64,000 nt of DNA, from contig CAVTRN010000002.1 of the NCBI GenBank assembly GCA_963737155.1, forward strand, positions 1,536,001-1,600,000. Reading direction: 5' to 3'. The notes beneath the pieces were generated by a model, which was not told where the DNA came from, ran no database searches, and was given only the letters and a program-made list of their open reading frames with translations. The position numbers and the translations under genes were made by a program. Within the stretch, counting starts at the first letter, position 1; each line of letters opens with the position of its first letter. Shown here in pieces: positions 61,156 through 64,000 of this stretch. This DNA is from Nitrospirota bacterium. Its GTDB lineage: Bacteria; Nitrospirota; UBA9217.

Positions 61156-61573
61156 CAACAGATGGTTTGAGAGCGCTTTCAGGGGGTGAGACTTGTGTTC
61201 CCGGTTCAGCAAGCGGCCATAAACCGGCTTTCCAGTCAGCGAGGCGACGAGCATTTGTTCCGGTGCCTCTTGTTGTCTCTCCCAGGGGCGCAGCGTTTTC
61301 AGGGAACAGCGTTTCACTGGATGCAAGCTTCTCGATTTCTCAATGGCAATTTACGTAAAACAACTTAGGAAACAACGTTATAGTTATATATCGATAGACG
61401 TTAAAGAAGGTTCATTCGTGTTTAAGTTGAAAGCCTGGGATTAAGTAACCCTCAGTGCGGAGGGATAAGTGCTGTTTGCTCAAGGAGCAGATCCAGTCGA
61501 TTTTTATTACGCACAATCATATGACTCACGTGATAGTTTGGAATAGCAAGTAGTTCTACGATGGTATGGAGCT

Positions 61574-61651
61574 GCATCGGATTTTCTTTCTGGTTTGGTT
61601 TTATTGGGGAACATAACTTTACCAGAATCGGTTAATCCGATGCTCTTTTTT
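61574..61651 (+). promoter_or_regulatory. long hairpin plus T tract upstream of the ferritin-like gene
   Basis: GCATCGGATT/AATCCGATGC 10-bp stem enclosing TTCTGGT/ACCAGAA, followed by TCTTTTTT. Confidence 0.45.
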
Positions 61652-61727
61652 GCAGCACTACGCCGTTTTCAACTTTTCTACGAAAAGACCAATATTTTTT
61701 TACGGTTCATAGTAAAGGAGGCACGAC

Positions 61728-62149
61728 ATGGTCCAAAAAGCAAGCACGAAGCTGGCAGAGATGATGAACCAGGCTCTCGCTGCTGAACTGCAGGCGATCA
61801 TTCAGTACCAGTGGCATCACATCATGGTAAAAGGGATGCATTCAGCCGAGCTGTCCGAAGTTCTCAAAAAAGCATCTATGGTGGAAATGAGGCACGCTGA
61901 ACAGGTCGCCGAACGACTTGATATTTCGACGTCGCACCAACGATCAAGCCCAACCCTATAGCTGTGGGCGGCGATGCGCCAACGATGATCAAGGCTGATA
62001 TCAAAGCGGAGTTAGAGGCTATCATGCTGTACAAGACTATAATCAGTCAGGCGGCCTCTGAGAGGGACGAAACGACCAGGCTCCTTTTTGAGGAGATCCT
62101 TTCCGAGGAAGAAGACCATCATGATACATTTTCGACACTGCTAGGATAG
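61728..62149 (+). pseudogene. ferritin/bacterioferritin-like protein with a single frameshift
   Basis: ELQAIIQY..H, EMRHAE, ELEAI..Y, DETT..EEEDHH. Frame break near 61923. Confidence 0.85.
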
Positions 62150-62434
62150 CTGAGCGGTTTCTTGAAGTGGAAACAACTTTGATAATAACTAATGATTGTA
62201 ACTCGAATAAAAGTAGGAAAAAATATGAATGGTAAACAACTTTATCCAGATGCAACACCAGAAATCTCTGAAAAGAGAGCTGCCCTTGCTCCTGAAATAA
62301 CAGAAGCATTCCACAACTTCAGCAAAGCAGTTTTTAAAGAAGGTGCGCTTCCTGAAAAAACAAAACAGCTTATTGCAGTGGCAGTAGCGCATGTAACTCA
62401 ATGCCCATATTGCATACGCGGACATACTGCACTA

Positions 62435-63544
62435 TACACAGCGCACTAATTAATTGCGCATAATTTACGGACAATATCGTTGCCCGATGTCCACACCCTG
62501 AATCTTGATTCCACTGACCGTACAACATCCTCAAGCGTCGGGAAGTATCGGTTATGCAAACAGAGCCTTCGCGTTAATTTCCATAACCGCTCAATAGGGT
62601 TTAGATCAGGGCTGTAAGGAGGCAGAAAATCCAACATGAATTGAGGCTCATGTTGGCTTCGCCAATCTGCATGGAGCTTGGCATGATGGTATTTGGCATT
62701 ATCTGTTATGACAACGACGCGACGACCGCTTCGGGAACTTATCCTCCGGAGATGTTTGAGAAATGTATGGAACGTCACGGCGTTAAACTTTTCCTCCTCT
62801 CTCTGAAAAGCCAATTTCCCGTCACGCAGACGGATAGCTCCAAAATAACCCACGCTCTTGCGAGTGGGATGGTGCAACAATACAGGGTCCTTCTGTTCGG
62901 GAGGTACCCACATCAGACAGCGTGATCCATATTGCTGAAAATGAACTTCATCAGTCGACCACAGATCGATTTTATTATCGGCTACGAGCCTTCTGAGTTT
63001 TTTTATATTCTTCCTGACGTTCGGGATCGGCCCGAGCAATCAGAGGACGCGGTTTACGCCGACGAAAACCAAAGGATTTAAACATGTATTGGCACTGCCG
63101 AACCCCTAATGTTATTCGATACCGCTTCTTAATGAAGGCGGCCAGCCCTTTGCCATCCCAGAGGCCACTGGCTATTCCTACAGACTCTGGCGGTTGCCGC
63201 AGTACCGTGTTGATTTCCTCCAACTGCTTATCGTTCAAGCGTCGGGGGCGGCCAGATCGTTCTCCTTCTACCAAGCCAGCCAGTCCTCTGTCTTCAAAGC
63301 GTCGGACCCAATATTCCACAGTTCGAGGCGAGTCACCCAGGAGATGGCTAACTTCCGGACAGCTCATTCCCTGGGCGACTAGCAATACGCCATGTAGTCG
63401 GTGGTCGTATCGTGACTCTTCCGAGCGACGGATTTCATCCTGTAATCCAAGAACAATGGTTGATGCATCGGTAATGGTCAATGGTTTCATGAATACAGGA
63501 TATCATATTTTTTATTAATACGCAATTACTTATTGCGCTATGTA
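62435..63544 (-). mobile_element. IS630-family insertion sequence (two-ORF, frameshift type)
   Basis: 24-bp TIRs TACA(C/T)AGCGCA(C/A)TAA(T/G)TAATTGCG, with TA duplication at 62433-34 and 63545-46. Confidence 0.93.
62446..63490 (-). CDS. IS630 transposase (HTH ORF 62975..63490 plus DDE ORF 62446..63039)
   Basis: WSTDE, TDNAKYH, LPPYSPDLNPIE. A7 run TATAAAAAAACTC at the ORF overlap. Confidence 0.9.
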
Positions 63545-64000
63545 TAGCTATGAGAAAAGGATCCAGTAAAGAAGAAATCATGGAAGCCATTTGGGTGGCT
63601 TCTGAAATGCGGGCCGGAGCAGCTTATGCTCACGCTGCATTAGCAATAGATGAAATAGATAAAATAAAAACATAGAAGACCACCATGATACATTTGCGAC
63701 AATGCTTAGATAGTTGCTCAGTTCTTGAAGTGGAAACAACTTTGCTAATAAATTTACAAATCAAATAAACAACGAATTTCGTTACCGCTAAGATGCAAGC
63801 GTTCCCGACTCTGCCGGAGCTCATACTAAATTAGATGCGTTGGAGAACCTTACATAGCCTGGCCGATGACGTGCGGTGATAAGAATGAGAAACACTTCGT
63901 CTTTGAAGACAGTGGCGATGACTAACGATAAGAAAATAATATTCTTATGCACGGAGGTCATGCTTGTTTTAGCACTCTGTTTTTGCAAACCGTCACAGGC

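Larger units (their letters stand above)
62225..63675 (+). pseudogene. carboxymuconolactone decarboxylase/AhpD-like protein interrupted by IS630
   Basis: GALPEKTKQLIAVAVAHVTQCPYCIRGH | AMRKGSSKEEIMEAIWVASEMRAGAAYAH, in frame after IS removal. Confidence 0.92.
62110..63751 (+). repeat. ~79-bp imperfect direct repeat (62110-62188 and 63674-63751)
   Basis: AGAAGACCA(T/C)CATGATACATTT...TTCTTGAAGTGGAAACAACTTTG. About 68 of 79 positions identical by manual alignment. Confidence 0.9.

Noticed and set aside
62110-63751. Integron attC cassette
   Set aside because: The repeat lacks a convincing RYYYAAC/GTTRRRY palindromic structure, and no integron integrase is in the window

Overview
This is a bacterial window, probably from an anaerobic Gram-negative lineage such as Desulfobacterota or Nitrospirota (inferred from gene content only). 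Most of it is an accessory island rich in insertion sequences and pseudogenes. From left to right it holds: (1) a membrane module (AI-2E fragment, outer-membrane phospholipase A, FtsH, AsmA); (2) a TnpB-only IS607-like element inserted at the asmA stop codon, with a nested IS1380 that carries a second, fully overlapping 470-codon ORF; (3) an intact ~16.5 kb lipid/polyketide cluster encoding a YghO/bacterial-ceramide-synthase-like GNAT, a permuted papain-like protein, a Pfa-like iterative PKS (ER-ER-KS-AT-ACP-ACP-KR-DH), a PPTase, a second GNAT, an ABC exporter and a B12 radical SAM enzyme; (4) decayed alpha-glucan genes (glgB split by IS630, malQ and GH13 remnants) next to an intact cyclic beta-1,2-glucan synthase coupled to galU; (5) a CheB-CheR-PAS-GAF histidine kinase; (6) paaK-iorA-iorB; (7) a degenerate tRNA-fMet, an ORF-less group IIC intron inside an IS200/IS605-type miniature element, a YtxH protein, a ferritin-like pseudogene, and an IS630-interrupted CMD gene bracketed by a ~79 bp direct repeat. 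I saw no CRISPR array, rRNA or intact tRNA. The best candidates for undescribed biology are the PKS/N-acyltransferase lipid system, the TnpB element with a definable RNA scaffold, and the overlapping ORF in IS1380. All family calls come from recognising motifs by eye; no searches were run.
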